From Bdellovibrionales bacterium (GTDB lineage Bacteria; Bdellovibrionota; Bdellovibrionia; Bdellovibrionales; UBA1609): DNA of 64,000 nucleotides. The stretch lies in the NCBI GenBank assembly GCA_965219095.1, contig CBDCMT010000001.1:2016001-2080000 (forward strand). Direction: 5' to 3'. This document shows, one piece after another, positions 9,878 through 21,268 of the stretch. The position numbers were made by a program, and so were the translations under genes. Under the pieces are notes generated by a model. It made no database searches, was not told the origin of the DNA, and saw nothing but the letters and a program-made list of their open reading frames with translations. Each line of letters starts with the position of its first letter. Positions within the stretch are counted from its first letter, which is position 1.

Positions 9878-12695
9878 GTAACTGCTCACTCTCGTAAGTT
9901 TTTATTTAAAGCCATAGAGATGGCTTCTAAAGAAGAATACCCTCTATTTCTCATTGTTTTAACATAGCTGGTAATACGACAAAAATATTTCGCCATTTCT
10001 TCTGTTCTGAAACACCCTGACACTTTCTTTTTCACTTTAGTCATTCTTAGATCTCTTTCAGCTCTGTTATTAGTAGGATCTACGTTCTTTCTTTTAGAAA
10101 AACACAGTATTTCTGCTTCATACTTTTTAAATCGCAGCCAAAGGTTTTGAGCTTGTGTATGCTTTATTCGTCCTTTCTTGCCATTTTTCTTAGGAAATTC
10201 TGGAAGCTCTTTTAAGCCTTTTGTAAGAATACTCCTATACCTTCTCTGAAGAGTTTCGTACTCTTTTTGAGTCAGAACTCTTGACTCTTTTTTATGAACT
10301 AGCTCCACAGTCTCTTTAAGAAGTTTTTTGAGATTTGTAGCCCATTTGAATCCATTGCTTTCTTCTATAAATTTAAGCTCTCTCAAAAGGTGAGCCACAC
10401 ACAAAGCATGAGTTATCTTATCATAACAAAAGTAAGGACTCCAACAATCATGCACAAGCACTCCTGCATATCTATCCAAGAGACCAATATCTTTTATGGC
10501 TTCCTTTCCACGTGAAAGGTGGAGAAACTGCAAGACTAATTCTCCTGAACTATAAGTATGAATCCAGTAGTTTTTACCCTTAACCCTCATAGAGGTCTCA
10601 TCAACATGAATGACCTCTGATTCAAGTATCTTTTCTTTCATCTGCTCTTCCCAACTTTTAAGAAACTCTCCTAATTCAGCAATGTATCTCAACATAACTG
10701 CAGGAGAAATCATTCGACCTATAAGCCCCATGTAATGTTCCCCAACACGTTGAAAAGACAGCATCTGAACTATAATGAAATTGATGATGGAAGCTCTAAT
10801 GCCTACACCATACTGAAGAGGACCACTCATACCTTTAGGGAATTGACCTTTATTTCTAGCTCCACATGAGGGACAATCCTTAACCTCAGAAGTTACAGTA
10901 TGGGTCTGAATTTCATAAAAAATATCAATCTTTTTACGCTTCTCAAGGCTTTTTACCTCTGCTGTCTTTAAACACATCCCACACTGAGAACACTCTGAGG
11001 GAGAGACAGTCTCCTCACTGTTTGTATCTTTACTGTTATCAAGTCTAGTACAGCATAACATTAAATTTTAATATTTTCATAATGCCTCTTAAACTTATTT
11101 CTAGCCTTATTATTTGTAAACTGCCAATTAATTTTGATTCTGTCTTTGTTTCTCTTACGGGTCCAAGTTTCTACTTCTTTTTTTAGTTGTTCAAAACTTC
11201 CTATACGTCGGTTTAAACATTGCTTTGAAAGAGCCGAAAACTCGATTTCTGCCATATTTAACCAACTGGCCTTTTTAGGAGTATAAATCATCTCAAGTCT
11301 ATTTTTTAACTCCAAGGCCTTTTGAGCTGGCATGTTCTCATAAAAAGAAGAGCCATTGTGAGTGTTTAAATTATCTTGTATCAATGTGATCTTGTCTACG
11401 TCCTTATAATATAAGGACATTTTTCTCATGAAAAGAGCATAATCTTTCTTTGTTTTTCTCTTTCTTACCTCTACAATTCTTCTTCCACTCAATGGCTCTA
11501 TGGCTAAGAACACAACACAGGTTCCATTTCTTTTGTAATGATAATCCTCTCTTTTTTCTTTTCCAGGGCTTACAGGAACTGGCATCAAAACATCTTCTAT
11601 CAATTGACAAGGACGCTCATCAAAACAAAGAACAGGACGATTAGAATCTAGCTTTCTTTCATAAACTTCTAAAACAGACTCCATTTGGCAAATAAAATGA
11701 GAATCGATCTTGCTTAAACACCACTGTCTTTTTAAATGAGGTTTGACTTCGTTTTTTTTAATATACGACCCACATGGGTGTGAGAAATAGAGTCTACAAC
11801 ATTTAACTCAACCAACTTATCAGATAGCATCTGTAAACTCCATCGACCATAACCTTCAGGAGCTTTCGTACAAGCTAAACTCGTAATCTTCGTCCTTTGC
11901 TTCCCTGTAAACTTAGGAGGCTTTCCAGGACGAGGAGCATCATAAAGTGCTCTCCCTAATCCTCCCTTCAAGTACCCTTCTTTGATATTTTGAATAGTCC
12001 CTAAAGTTCTCACTCCAAGAATCTCACAAACCTCTGTGGAACCCTTCCCTTGATGGCTTAAAAGTAAAACCCTGGCTCGTGTTAAAACTCGAGACTGATT
12101 CACTCCCTTCTTCAACATCTTCTCTAATTTTGTCTTCTCTGAACTCTTTAACTTTATCCTTACTTTTGGCTTTCTTTTTGCTTTTGGATTTGCTCTTACC
12201 TTTGTTTTTGATTTCATCTTTGATCTCATATCCCCTCTTTGTTTCTTGGACTTTTTATTAAACTACAACAAATATTATAGGAACAACAAAAATACAAGTC
12301 AAATATATTGAAATTTAAGGTTATGCTGTACTAGAGCCCTTTTTTTGACTCCCACTAGCTTTCTTATTACGATTCCCTTGACGACTAAAATCTTGCGAAG
12401 GAGGAAGACCGCTGTTGCTGGAATTTTTTCGAACCTGTTTTTCTAAAAGCACAACAATCAGAATGTTCACAACCTTAAAGAGAGATTCAAAAACCACAGA
12501 AATCTCAGTAGGCACAGAACCTTTCTTTGCAAGCTTATCAAAGTCACTTCTTATATTTTCAATCTCATTTCTGATGGAGGTCTTATTTATTGTCATTTGA
12601 AAAGAGTATTTAAAAGAAAATCTGTAAGAGCAAGACTTTTATCTTAAAACAGGTCTAAAGTTAAGGATAACTGAACAATGTAGGTGAGCAGTTAC
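9878..12695 (-). mobile_element. IS66-family element (single-ORF type), transposase split by IS630
   Basis: 12-bp IR GTAACTGCTCAC at both ends, perfect 8-bp target duplication CCAAAAAC; KNSSNSGLPPS, HVDETS, LCVAHLLRE, PTNNRAER. ORFs 12321-12596 and 9886-11061 rejoin in frame (KKGS-RLDN) on removing the insert. Confidence 0.95.
11049..12330 (-). mobile_element. IS630-family element with probable programmed -1 frameshift (ORFs 11732-12229 and 11061-11684)
   Basis: IR TACAGCATAAC.TTAAATTT, CTAG on both flanks; A8 slippery run near 11752-11759; FDE, QDN, SWLNMAE DDE motifs. Confidence 0.93.
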
Positions 12696-12957
12696 CCAAA
12701 AACTTTATCAAAACGATCCCAGTCTATTTTATTAGCTAAAATGACAAGCGGATGGTTCTTATGAGCAATGTCGTTTATTCTAAAATCAAGAGGGGCTTCT
12801 CTTTTGTGTAGTGAACATATCTTTTGGCCTCATCTTTTTTCCTTTCTGTTTTGCAAAGTTTTTTATCTGTTTTTCCATTTCCTTGCAATTATTTTTATGA
12901 AAAAATTACAAAAAAACAAGTGTTTTTAGCTGTTTGTGCATTTTTCACATTCGACTA
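12696..12957 (-). pseudogene. IS5-family left end and transposase N-terminus, interrupted by IS66 (continues briefly at about 9830-9877)
   Basis: Manual translation NHPLVILANKIDWDRFDKVF|GSKYDE..KGRPG across the IS66 target site; terminal IR at 12940-12958. Confidence 0.75.
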
Positions 12958-13170
12958 TTTACCGCCAAGATCTCCAGAACTCAATCCAGATGAAAAAGTT
13001 TGGAATCATTTGAAACACCATAATTGAAAGGTCATTAAGGAACACGTTTAGATGGGTTGGAAAAATTATCGAAGAAAAAACTTCTCTTGATATCTTGTGA
13101 TAAAAGAAAAGTGAAAGGTATTTTTTTGAGGCCATTTGTAGCGAAACTTTTATGAATATCTATAATATAG
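12956..13170 (+). pseudogene. IS630-family transposase C-terminal remnant
   Basis: YLPPRSPELNPDEKVWNHLK; right boundary approximate. Confidence 0.7.
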
Positions 13171-13234
13171 TAAATACATTTAGATTTTTCGGTCAATTCT
13201 CTAGAGAAAAAACCTGAAAACATGAATGGAAGCA

Positions 13235-15250
13235 CTATATTTTAGCTTTTTTCAAAAAACTCTCTACTTTTAAAGCCAGCGAGTCGCTGTCAAGACCATG
13301 TTGTTTATAAAGCTCTTTAGCTGTATAAGCACTTTGTCCAAATTTCCCCTCAACTCCAAAAGAAGTAGACGAAAAATTAAGACCTTTCTGTTTTAAAGCT
13401 GATATTAAATAACTTCCCATTCCTCCTTTGACTTGATGGTCCTCTATTGTGACAAGACGTGGTGTTTTTCTCACTAAAGGCTTGAGAGTGTTTATATCAG
13501 GATTGTTAATACAAGAGGGGTGAAGGACTAAGGTTCTAATATTTTTTTGTTTGAGTTTTCTATGAGCTAAAATAGCTTCTGGAACTAAAGTTCCGGAAGC
13601 TATTAAAAGAAGATCAGGATCTTCTAAATGACAAACAATGTTGAGCTTTCCTAAACGATACTCTTTTATAGCTTTATAAGATCTTGGGAAAACCTCGCGA
13701 CCAAGAAAGAAAATAAAATGAGGAGGAGTTTTTCCCTCCTGTCTTAACCTGTAAAATTTTTCAACGGCTTCTCCTACAAGTTCATAAGCCTCTTGACTAC
13801 AAGATAACGTATAAACTTCTGTGTAAGGCAAAGAGCAAGTAAAGGATAGATAGTTTAAAGATTGATGACTTGCTCCATCGGCTGCATCTTGAAAACCTAT
13901 GTGAGAAAAAATTGCTATTAGAGGGGCTTGAGATAAAGAGGCCATAAGAAGAGGTAAAGCACCTTTTGTTGTGCCAAATTGAGCAAAAGTGTCGACAATA
14001 GGAATCAAGCCTTGTTTTGAAAGGCCTGCTGCCATACTGATCATATTACTCTCAGCAACCCCTAGATCTTGTGATCTTTCAGGAAATTTTTTTTGAAAGG
14101 CTCCCAGACCTGTAGAGCCATATAAATCAGAAGAAAGGCTGAAAATAGGATAGGACTTTTGAGCTTTTTCAATCAAAGCTTGGCTGATTCCTACTTGAAC
14201 TTTTTCATAAACAGAAGAAAGTTTTTCTGAAGTATTTTCTTGATTTCCTTTAGAGGCTTTCTTTTCTAAACGTTTAATCCAATAGAGAAAATCTTCTGGC
14301 ACCTTTTCAGGCTCATAAATTTCTTTTAAAAAATCGTAAAGCTCACTTGGGTTTTTTAATGAAAACCCATGGCCTCCAGACAAACTTTCACTTGTTTGCT
14401 TCACACCATAGCCTTTTGTGGTTTTAGCCCAAATAACTATAGGTTTTTGAGGTGTTTTTCGTACCTGTTCAAAAGACTCTTTAAGAGTTGTTACACAAGA
14501 GTTTAAGTCATGAGCTTTTTCTAAAGGTTTTACTTTCCAACCCAAATTTTCTAGACTTAAAAAAGTAGGGGACATAGAAAAAGCTTCTTCATCAATCCGT
14601 CCTGAAAGCTTTGTGTTATTATCACTAATGATTAAAACAAAAGGTGATATTTTGTTTTTTTGAGCTAAGCCTGAAATTGCCGCTAAAGCTTCTTTAGCTT
14701 CGCCCTCCATAAGTCCTCCGTCAGAGACAAAAGTCACACAAATTCGTTTTCTTTTAAAAAGCCTATCAGCAAAGCTTAAGCCTTGTGCTTGAGCTAAAGT
14801 GGAGCCTAAAGGGCCGTTACTCAAATACACAGCCTGTGGAAATAAATGGACCTCTCCATGCCCTGTTAAAGGGCTTCCCAAACAGCGAAATTTACGAAGC
14901 TTTTCAAAGCTTAAATCAGAAAAACCATAATTAGCCTTTACAGCATAGAAGATGTTTTCACAATGACCTATGTCATTGATGATATGAAAATGATCATACC
15001 AAATTGGAGATGAAGAAAAAACAATCCCATAAAGAGCTGAAACCAGTTCCGCTAAAGCTGAAGGACCTCCCCAATGACTGGCTGCTCCTCCCATCACAGC
15101 TTCCATATTCATAAGTGCAACTAAAGCTCTTAAAGCTTTAGGATCACTAAAGCCGTCCTTTTTATAGTGAGGTCCTTGAGGGGGGGTCGGTGCTAAAGGA
15201 GGCTTTATCTTCAGAAACTTTTTTTCAAACATACTTGTTTTTAGACTCAA
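13235..15250 (-). CDS. tkt: Transketolase
   Basis: SHWGGP, GHGE, NGPLGS, ThDP motif SDGGLMEG...DNN, GVAESNM, DGASHQ, TIEDH; start codon uncertain. Confidence 0.9.
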   Translation of the reverse strand: MSLKTSMFEKKFLKIKPPLAPTPPQGPHYKKDGFSDPKALRALVALMNMEAVMGGAASHWGGPSALAELVSALYGIVFSSSPIWYDHFHIINDIGHCENIFYAVKANYGFSDLSFEKLRKFRCLGSPLTGHGEVHLFPQAVYLSNGPLGSTLAQAQGLSFADRLFKRKRICVTFVSDGGLMEGEAKEALAAISGLAQKNKISPFVLIISDNNTKLSGRIDEEAFSMSPTFLSLENLGWKVKPLEKAHDLNSCVTTLKESFEQVRKTPQKPIVIWAKTTKGYGVKQTSESLSGGHGFSLKNPSELYDFLKEIYEPEKVPEDFLYWIKRLEKKASKGNQENTSEKLSSVYEKVQVGISQALIEKAQKSYPIFSLSSDLYGSTGLGAFQKKFPERSQDLGVAESNMISMAAGLSKQGLIPIVDTFAQFGTTKGALPLLMASLSQAPLIAIFSHIGFQDAADGASHQSLNYLSFTCSLPYTEVYTLSCSQEAYELVGEAVEKFYRLRQEGKTPPHFIFFLGREVFPRSYKAIKEYRLGKLNIVCHLEDPDLLLIASGTLVPEAILAHRKLKQKNIRTLVLHPSCINNPDINTLKPLVRKTPRLVTIEDHQVKGGMGSYLISALKQKGLNFSSTSFGVEGKFGQSAYTAKELYKQHGLDSDSLALKVESFLKKAKI

Positions 15251-15310
15251 AACCTATAAAATAAAAGTATTTTCGCAAAGCTCACTTTTTAAAAAAGGAA
15301 AAAACCCTTT

Positions 15311-16306
15311 ATGACCTTTCAGAACAGACCTAAAATCGAACTTCACCGCCATTTTGAACTCTCCCTACCTCATGACTTTTTAAAAAACTTAGCCTTCCGG
15401 CATGGCCTTCATGTGGAAAAAAAGAAGGTTTTTGAAGAGACTTTTCTCATTAAAGAACCTATGGAAGATTTAGCTTCAGTTTTAAATCGCTTTCTTGCCA
15501 CTCAGAAACTTTTTTCTTCTGAACAAATCCTCACAGAAGCAGCTTTTAAGGCTTCAGAATATGCTTTTAAAATTGAAAATGTTCATCTTCTAGAACTTCG
15601 TTACTGTCCTACCTTTATAGCTGAAGGAAAAAGTTTAAGTTATGAACAAATCCATCAAGCGATTTTAAAAGGTGTCAAAAAAGCTCAAAAAACCTACCCT
15701 AAACTTCGTGTAGGCCTGTTAGCTGTGATCCAAAGAATCCTTCCTGTTAAAGTTTCTGAAAGAGTTGTTGATTTTGTGATAGAAAATAAAGACACTTTTT
15801 TAGGTATAGATTTAGCTGATAATGAAGTCGGTTTTGAACCTCGTCCTTTTGCTCCTATGTTTCAGAAAGCTAAAAATAAGGGCCTGCATATTACTGTTCA
15901 TGCAGGAGAAGCCAGTGTGCCTGAATCCTCTGAATACGTTAAAGATTCTGTAGAATACTTAGGAGCAGAAAGAATAGGACATGGAGTGAAGATCATTGAA
16001 AACAAAGGTATTTTAAATTGGATTGTTAAAAAAGAAATTCCTTTAGAAGTCTGCTTCACAAGTAACTATCTTACCCAAGCCTTTAAAACCTACCAAGATC
16101 ACCCCTTTAAAAAGCTTCTTACAGAAGGTGTTAAAGTGACTATTAACTCAGACGATCCTTCTATCTTTAATACTGATTTAAATAAAGAATACGAAAAGCT
16201 TACTCAATATCAAAATTTCAAGGAGGAAGATTTTAAAGTTTGCGAAAATAATGCCTTTGAAGCTTGCTTTATCAAAGACAAAGAGGCTTTTTGGCATCAC
16301 CCTTGA
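15311..16306 (+). CDS. add: Adenosine deaminase
   Basis: PKIELHRHFE, TVHAGE, ERIGHG, INSDDP. Confidence 0.92.
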   Translation: MTFQNRPKIELHRHFELSLPHDFLKNLAFRHGLHVEKKKVFEETFLIKEPMEDLASVLNRFLATQKLFSSEQILTEAAFKASEYAFKIENVHLLELRYCPTFIAEGKSLSYEQIHQAILKGVKKAQKTYPKLRVGLLAVIQRILPVKVSERVVDFVIENKDTFLGIDLADNEVGFEPRPFAPMFQKAKNKGLHITVHAGEASVPESSEYVKDSVEYLGAERIGHGVKIIENKGILNWIVKKEIPLEVCFTSNYLTQAFKTYQDHPFKKLLTEGVKVTINSDDPSIFNTDLNKEYEKLTQYQNFKEEDFKVCENNAFEACFIKDKEAFWHHP

Positions 16307-16320
16307 AAAATAACCTCTAC

Positions 16321-17079
16321 ATGAAAAAATATCTAAACTCCCCGCCTCTAGAAAAAAGAAGAGAAAATGTTTTTCTTTGCTTAAGTGGTTTTTTTCTGTG
16401 TACTATGTGTTTGTTGAATCTTTTAGGTCTGACTTACTTTGTGCAACTCGGTCCTTTTTCTATTTCTGCAGGAGTTTTAATCTACCCTCTTACTTTTTTA
16501 TGCACTGATCTCATTAGTGAAATTTATGGCAGAAAAAAAGCTCAATTTTTAGTTACTTTAGGATTTGTTTTAAACCTTTTTATTTTGACTTACCTTTATA
16601 CGGTAAAACTCCTTCCTGAATCAAATCACAAGCCTCCTTGGCAAGACTTAAACTTAGCTACTCCTCTCAACCTCCCTGACGGCAGTGTGTTTGAAGAAGA
16701 CATTGACATTTTTTCTTTCATCATGTCTTGTATGACAGGATCCGTAGGGGCTTCTATGATTGCTTATCTTTTAGCTCAATACTGGGATATTCATTTTTTT
16801 CACTGGCTGAAGAAAAAAACAAGATCAAAACATTTATGGCTTAGAAATAACTTAAGCACTATAACAAGCCAGTTCATAGATACTATTTTTGTGATGAGTA
16901 TTGTCTTTGCCGGCTCTCTTTATAGACAAGAGATGTCTTTAGAAGCCTTCTTCTTTTTGCTTTTAAGTAATTACGGGTATAAGTGTCTCTCAGCTTTTTT
17001 AGATACACCCTTATGTTATCTTATTATCTTTTTTTGTAGGAAATACTTAAGATTAAACCAAGAAGAAGAGGTAACTTAA
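16321..17079 (+). CDS. Queuosine precursor transporter (YhhQ/VUT family)
   Basis: YPLTFLCTDLISEIYG, ASMIAYLLAQYWD, HLWLRNNLSTITSQFIDT; ATG at 16321 chosen to avoid overlap with add. Confidence 0.88.
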   Translation: MKKYLNSPPLEKRRENVFLCLSGFFLCTMCLLNLLGLTYFVQLGPFSISAGVLIYPLTFLCTDLISEIYGRKKAQFLVTLGFVLNLFILTYLYTVKLLPESNHKPPWQDLNLATPLNLPDGSVFEEDIDIFSFIMSCMTGSVGASMIAYLLAQYWDIHFFHWLKKKTRSKHLWLRNNLSTITSQFIDTIFVMSIVFAGSLYRQEMSLEAFFFLLLSNYGYKCLSAFLDTPLCYLIIFFCRKYLRLNQEEEVT

Positions 17080-17114
17080 GACCTTAAATAAGGGGTGTAA
17101 AACTTAAAAAAAAT

Positions 17115-17150
17115 GCCTCCTCAAAAGAATCTGTGAGTTCCCAGGAGAAG
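17115..17150 (-). mobile_element. Isolated ISL3 right-end remnant
   Basis: GCCTCCTCAAAAGAATCTGTG matches ISL3 ends; a similar remnant at about 32899-32937. Confidence 0.65.
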
Positions 17151-17185
17151 CCAGAGATTCTAAGGTCTTGTACTCACAGAGAAAT

Positions 17186-18391
17186 CTATTCTTTTTTCCA
17201 CAAATGGGAAACTTTTTTTTGCACAGATTCTTTTTCAATAAGAATAAGACCTGTGCTTGTTATAAGAATAGAAAAAGGGATAAGAGCAAAGAGAGCATTT
17301 TGCACCCACTCTCCTTCTGCAAAATTTTTTTGTAAAGGAAGTGTGGCAAGGACAGAACAAGCTAAGCCTCGAGGCCCCATAAGTGTAGAGGTCAAAAAGT
17401 CTTTTGTTGAGAACTCTGTGTTTGAAAAAACAAGTTTTGAAGAAATAAAGCGTGTTAAGAGAATCAGAGCACAGAGGAGAAGCGCTAGTAGAATCATAAG
17501 GAATCCGTTAATTTGAATGAGAATACCCAAGTACACGAAGAAAAAAGTTTTTAATAAAAAAGATATTTCAGTTAATAGAGATAGTTCTTCTGTATCCATA
17601 CCATCTTCTTTTGTGAAAAACTTTGAAAAACTGCCTATATTAGCAAGGGCAAAGCCTAAGGAAAGGACTGCCATAGCTCCATTATAACCTATAAGTTCAC
17701 AAATGGAAAAAGTAATAAGAGCCCAAGCTTCTCCTGCAAAAGCTTTAGGGATAATAGTTTTATATTGTTTTTTTAGAAAAGCCCAAATAGCACCGCTGAA
17801 AAAACCCCATAGAATGGCTATTAAAGTGTTAGGTCCTACAGCAATGAAAATCTGAGAGGCTTCAAATTTTTCACTGATGGTTGAATCTAATACAACTAAG
17901 AATAAGACGATAGCTAAAACGTCAGTGAAGGCTGATTCTAATGCTAAGATATCTTTCATTTTTCCAGATATATTGAGATTTTTAAGAAGAGGTATGACGA
18001 TAGCAGAAGAAGTGGACCCTAGGGCGAGAGAGGTTAAAAGAGCTGTTGTAAAATCTTTTAGAAAAATAGTCATTATAAGGAAAAAAGAGGCTATGCTTAT
18101 TGTTAAAAAAGAAAGACAAGAGATCTTTAAAGCAAGGCTTGCTGAAGCTGTGAGTTTTTGAAATTTAAGATTTAAACCTCCTTCATATAGAATCACAATG
18201 AGGGCTGTTGTAGAAAAAAAAGGCCCTAAGGCACCAAAATCTGAAGGCTTCATAAGCCCTAAAACAGGTCCTATAAGATAACCAATAACAATGAGAACTA
18301 ATAGATCTGGAACTTTTGTCTTTATAAAAACCCAGTTTAAAAAATGACCTAAGAAAAACAGAAGGGCAAAAGCTAAAATTAGATATGGCAT
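17186..18391 (-). CDS. Cation:proton antiporter (NhaP/CPA1-like)
   Basis: About 12 hydrophobic segments; ILYEGGL, GSTSSAIV, LESAFTD, GPRGLA. Confidence 0.88.
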   Translation of the reverse strand: MPYLILAFALLFFLGHFLNWVFIKTKVPDLLVLIVIGYLIGPVLGLMKPSDFGALGPFFSTTALIVILYEGGLNLKFQKLTASASLALKISCLSFLTISIASFFLIMTIFLKDFTTALLTSLALGSTSSAIVIPLLKNLNISGKMKDILALESAFTDVLAIVLFLVVLDSTISEKFEASQIFIAVGPNTLIAILWGFFSGAIWAFLKKQYKTIIPKAFAGEAWALITFSICELIGYNGAMAVLSLGFALANIGSFSKFFTKEDGMDTEELSLLTEISFLLKTFFFVYLGILIQINGFLMILLALLLCALILLTRFISSKLVFSNTEFSTKDFLTSTLMGPRGLACSVLATLPLQKNFAEGEWVQNALFALIPFSILITSTGLILIEKESVQKKVSHLWKKE

Positions 18392-20364
18392 GAACTTGAA
18401 ATGCCTTCTGAAAATAAGGTTTCGGAATGGAATAAGTCTTTATTTTTTGAAGAGATAAGGTAAGGAGATCCTTTTAAACTTTTCCCATACTTTCTAAGGA
18501 AAAGATGGGCTTCTTTCATAGAAAATCTTTTTTCTTGAATGCTTTTTTCACATTCTTTTCTTACTTTTTCAAAGAGATCGTGTCCTTGGTATCTTAAGTA
18601 GCTTAGAACTTCAGAAACAGAATCCTCTCTGGATACTTCATTAAGTATATAGCGACCGTCTTCATGAATGGATACTTGGACTGTATTAGTATCTCCAAAA
18701 AGGTTATGTAAGTCTCCTAAAACTTCTTGATAAGCTCCTGTTAGGAAAAACCCAATATAGTAAGGATCTTTTAAATTCAATTCATGAACTTCTAAATACT
18801 TTTGTACCTCTTTTGTTTCTGAATCAATGAAGCGTTCAATTTTTCCATCAGAGTCACATGTCAAGTCAGCTAAAATAGCACGTTGTGTTGGTTTTTCATG
18901 AAGTCTTTGAATGGGCATGATAGGGAAGACTTGGCTTAAAGCCCAAGAATCAGGTAGTGATTGGAATACAGAGAAGTTGCAGAAATAAATAGAAGACAAT
19001 TGACTTTCTAGGTTATAGCAAATTTCTTCGGATCCTTTTATTTTTTTTGCTAGTCGGATCATTTTTTGTGCAATGGCTTGATATAACTCTTCAGCTCTTC
19101 CTCTTTGTTCTAAATTTAAAACTCCATAAGTGAACATTTGTAAAATATCTCTCTTTTTTTCTATTAGATCGTTATAAAACTCATAAAGGTTTTTTTCATT
19201 TACATCGGTGTAGAGTTCTAAGAGTTCTTTCACGATTTGAGAATCTTTAGAATTTATAGTAAAAACAATCTCTTCTTGTAAAGACTTAGCTTGTTCTCCT
19301 AGAACATCTGTGATGAGAACAGAACTATGAGCTACAAGGAAACGTCCCGATTCAGTGATAATGTATGGGTGTTCAATGTCTTGTTCATCACAAATGGATT
19401 GGGTGATAAAAATGATATCATTAGCGTATTCTTGAGGAGTGTAATTAAGAGAATTTTTAGAATCTAAATTTTGAGGAGCTTCATAATTGACTCCTAAACC
19501 TCCTCCTACATCTAGATATTTTAAAGAGGGGGCTTGTTTTTTAAGCTCTACATAAAACCGAACCCCTTCTTTAACACCGGTTTTAATATGTTGTATAGAA
19601 GGGACTTGAGAACCAATATGGAAGTGAAGTAGCTCTAAGGAATTTGTAAAATTGTTATTTTTCAATGTTTCCATGCAATGGACAAGCTCTCTAGAGGTCA
19701 AACCAAACTTAGAATTCATTCCTGTACTATCTCCCCAATGGCTTTTAGAGGAGGAGTGGAGTTTCACTCTAAAGCCAATAGAAGGCTTAAGGTCTATACT
19801 TTTACTGATCTCTATAATAGTTTCTAATTCTTCCATTCTTTCTACAACAATAATGGTATGTTTGTTGATTTTTTGAGCCAATAAGGTCATTTCAATGTAA
19901 TCTCGATCTTTAAAGCCATTACATATGATGGCGGCTTCAGGGTTTTTCATAAGAGCTAAGGCGATAAGAAGTTCAGGTTTACTACCACATTCTAATCCTA
20001 AGTTAAAAGCATCTCCCTTGTTAATAATTTCTTGTACAATCTGTCCGTGTTGATTCACTTTTATAGGGTAAACGCCTAAGTATCGTCCTTTGTAGTTATT
20101 TTCTTTAATAGCATTTTGAAAGTAAGAATTAATTTTTAGAATACGGGATTCTAAAATTTCAGAAAAACGAATTAACAAAGGTGTATTAAGGCCTCTTTGT
20201 TGAAGTTCTCTGACAAGAGAGTGAAGGTTTAATCTTTGTTGAGGTTTTTGAAGAGGACAGATTTCAAGAAAGCCCTCTTTATTGATTTGAAAGTAGTCAT
20301 CACTCCAACTTTGAAGACTGTAGAGATTTTTACTTTTTTCAATGTTCCAAGTTTCCACAGACAA
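18379..20364 (-). CDS. speA: Biosynthetic arginine decarboxylase
   Basis: YPIKVNQ, GLECGSKPE, HFHIGSQ, DVGGGLG, TESGR, TCDSDG, GAYQEVLGDLHNLFG; RBS GGAGG points to a start at 20364 or 20358. Confidence 0.95.
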   Translation of the reverse strand: MSVETWNIEKSKNLYSLQSWSDDYFQINKEGFLEICPLQKPQQRLNLHSLVRELQQRGLNTPLLIRFSEILESRILKINSYFQNAIKENNYKGRYLGVYPIKVNQHGQIVQEIINKGDAFNLGLECGSKPELLIALALMKNPEAAIICNGFKDRDYIEMTLLAQKINKHTIIVVERMEELETIIEISKSIDLKPSIGFRVKLHSSSKSHWGDSTGMNSKFGLTSRELVHCMETLKNNNFTNSLELLHFHIGSQVPSIQHIKTGVKEGVRFYVELKKQAPSLKYLDVGGGLGVNYEAPQNLDSKNSLNYTPQEYANDIIFITQSICDEQDIEHPYIITESGRFLVAHSSVLITDVLGEQAKSLQEEIVFTINSKDSQIVKELLELYTDVNEKNLYEFYNDLIEKKRDILQMFTYGVLNLEQRGRAEELYQAIAQKMIRLAKKIKGSEEICYNLESQLSSIYFCNFSVFQSLPDSWALSQVFPIMPIQRLHEKPTQRAILADLTCDSDGKIERFIDSETKEVQKYLEVHELNLKDPYYIGFFLTGAYQEVLGDLHNLFGDTNTVQVSIHEDGRYILNEVSREDSVSEVLSYLRYQGHDLFEKVRKECEKSIQEKRFSMKEAHLFLRKYGKSLKGSPYLISSKNKDLFHSETLFSEGISSSCHI

Positions 20365-21268
20365 AGGTCCTCCTTTATTTAAGACTTCTACAATAAATTT
20401 TAAGAAACCTTGAGTCAATAGATTTTGAATAAGCTTGTAAAGTTTACATATTTTGTATTCAACTTTCTTAGGATTAAGGGAATTTGAGATGTCTTTTGAG
20501 AAGTTTTTATAGTTTTTTAAAATTTTAGTCTTAATTTTTCACCAAGATCAGGGCCTAATTAACCTAAATTCGGGGTTAAAAATATACACTATAAGCCCTC
20601 TAAGAGCTTTAAAGTTTGAGAAGGGCCATTTTCCCTCTAAAAAGACAAAATTTGAGAAAGAGGTAAAAGGGATTTGCTATTGACTAATTCCTAATGTAGT
20701 GTATGTTATATACACTACATTAGGAAGGTATTATGAGCTTATAAGAAAGATAAAAAAGGGTGATAAGATTTGTTTGGCTGAAGTAGAAAACAAAAGAATT
20801 AAGAGCAAGGTTATACAAAAGCACATCCGTTATATGGGAAAAGAAGTCAACAATAAAAAAGTAATTTCCCTCAACTCAGAAGATTTCAAATTTCTGAAGT
20901 TAAAATCCATGGACCCCTTATTATTTTAGGCAAAATAGCCAAAAAAATCGTAACTCGGTTATCTGACCGCCCTTGACTTCTACTGAGGAGGATATTTCTT
21001 AGATTTTAAAGGAGAAGTTTTTATTGATCTTGTTGTAAAACGGCGTTGTAAGACGTTTTCCTAAGGCCTTCCCTGTTACAAAAGTATTAGAGAAGTTCTT
21101 AAAAGAATAATTCTTAGTTTTTTTTCGTAATTTTGATTTTTTTTGTGCTTTATTCTTTAAGAACGAAGCTCACTTGTATACTCAAAAGGCGTTTTAATAG
21201 GCATCTTATCGAGGGAGTTTCCCACAACCATTAAAATATAGTCCTTAGGATCTAATTCCACCTTCTTA

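Noticed and set aside
15311..17079. add plus queuosine-precursor transporter as a novel deazapurine pathway or preQ1 riboswitch locus
   Set aside because: Both are common salvage genes, and the short intergenic spaces show no riboswitch motif.
17133..17516. Antisense or shadow ORFs (also 2976, 5461, 17877, 19652, 27137, 30519, 44232, 45552 and similar)
   Set aside because: They overlap well-supported genes on the opposite strand or frame and have no motifs.
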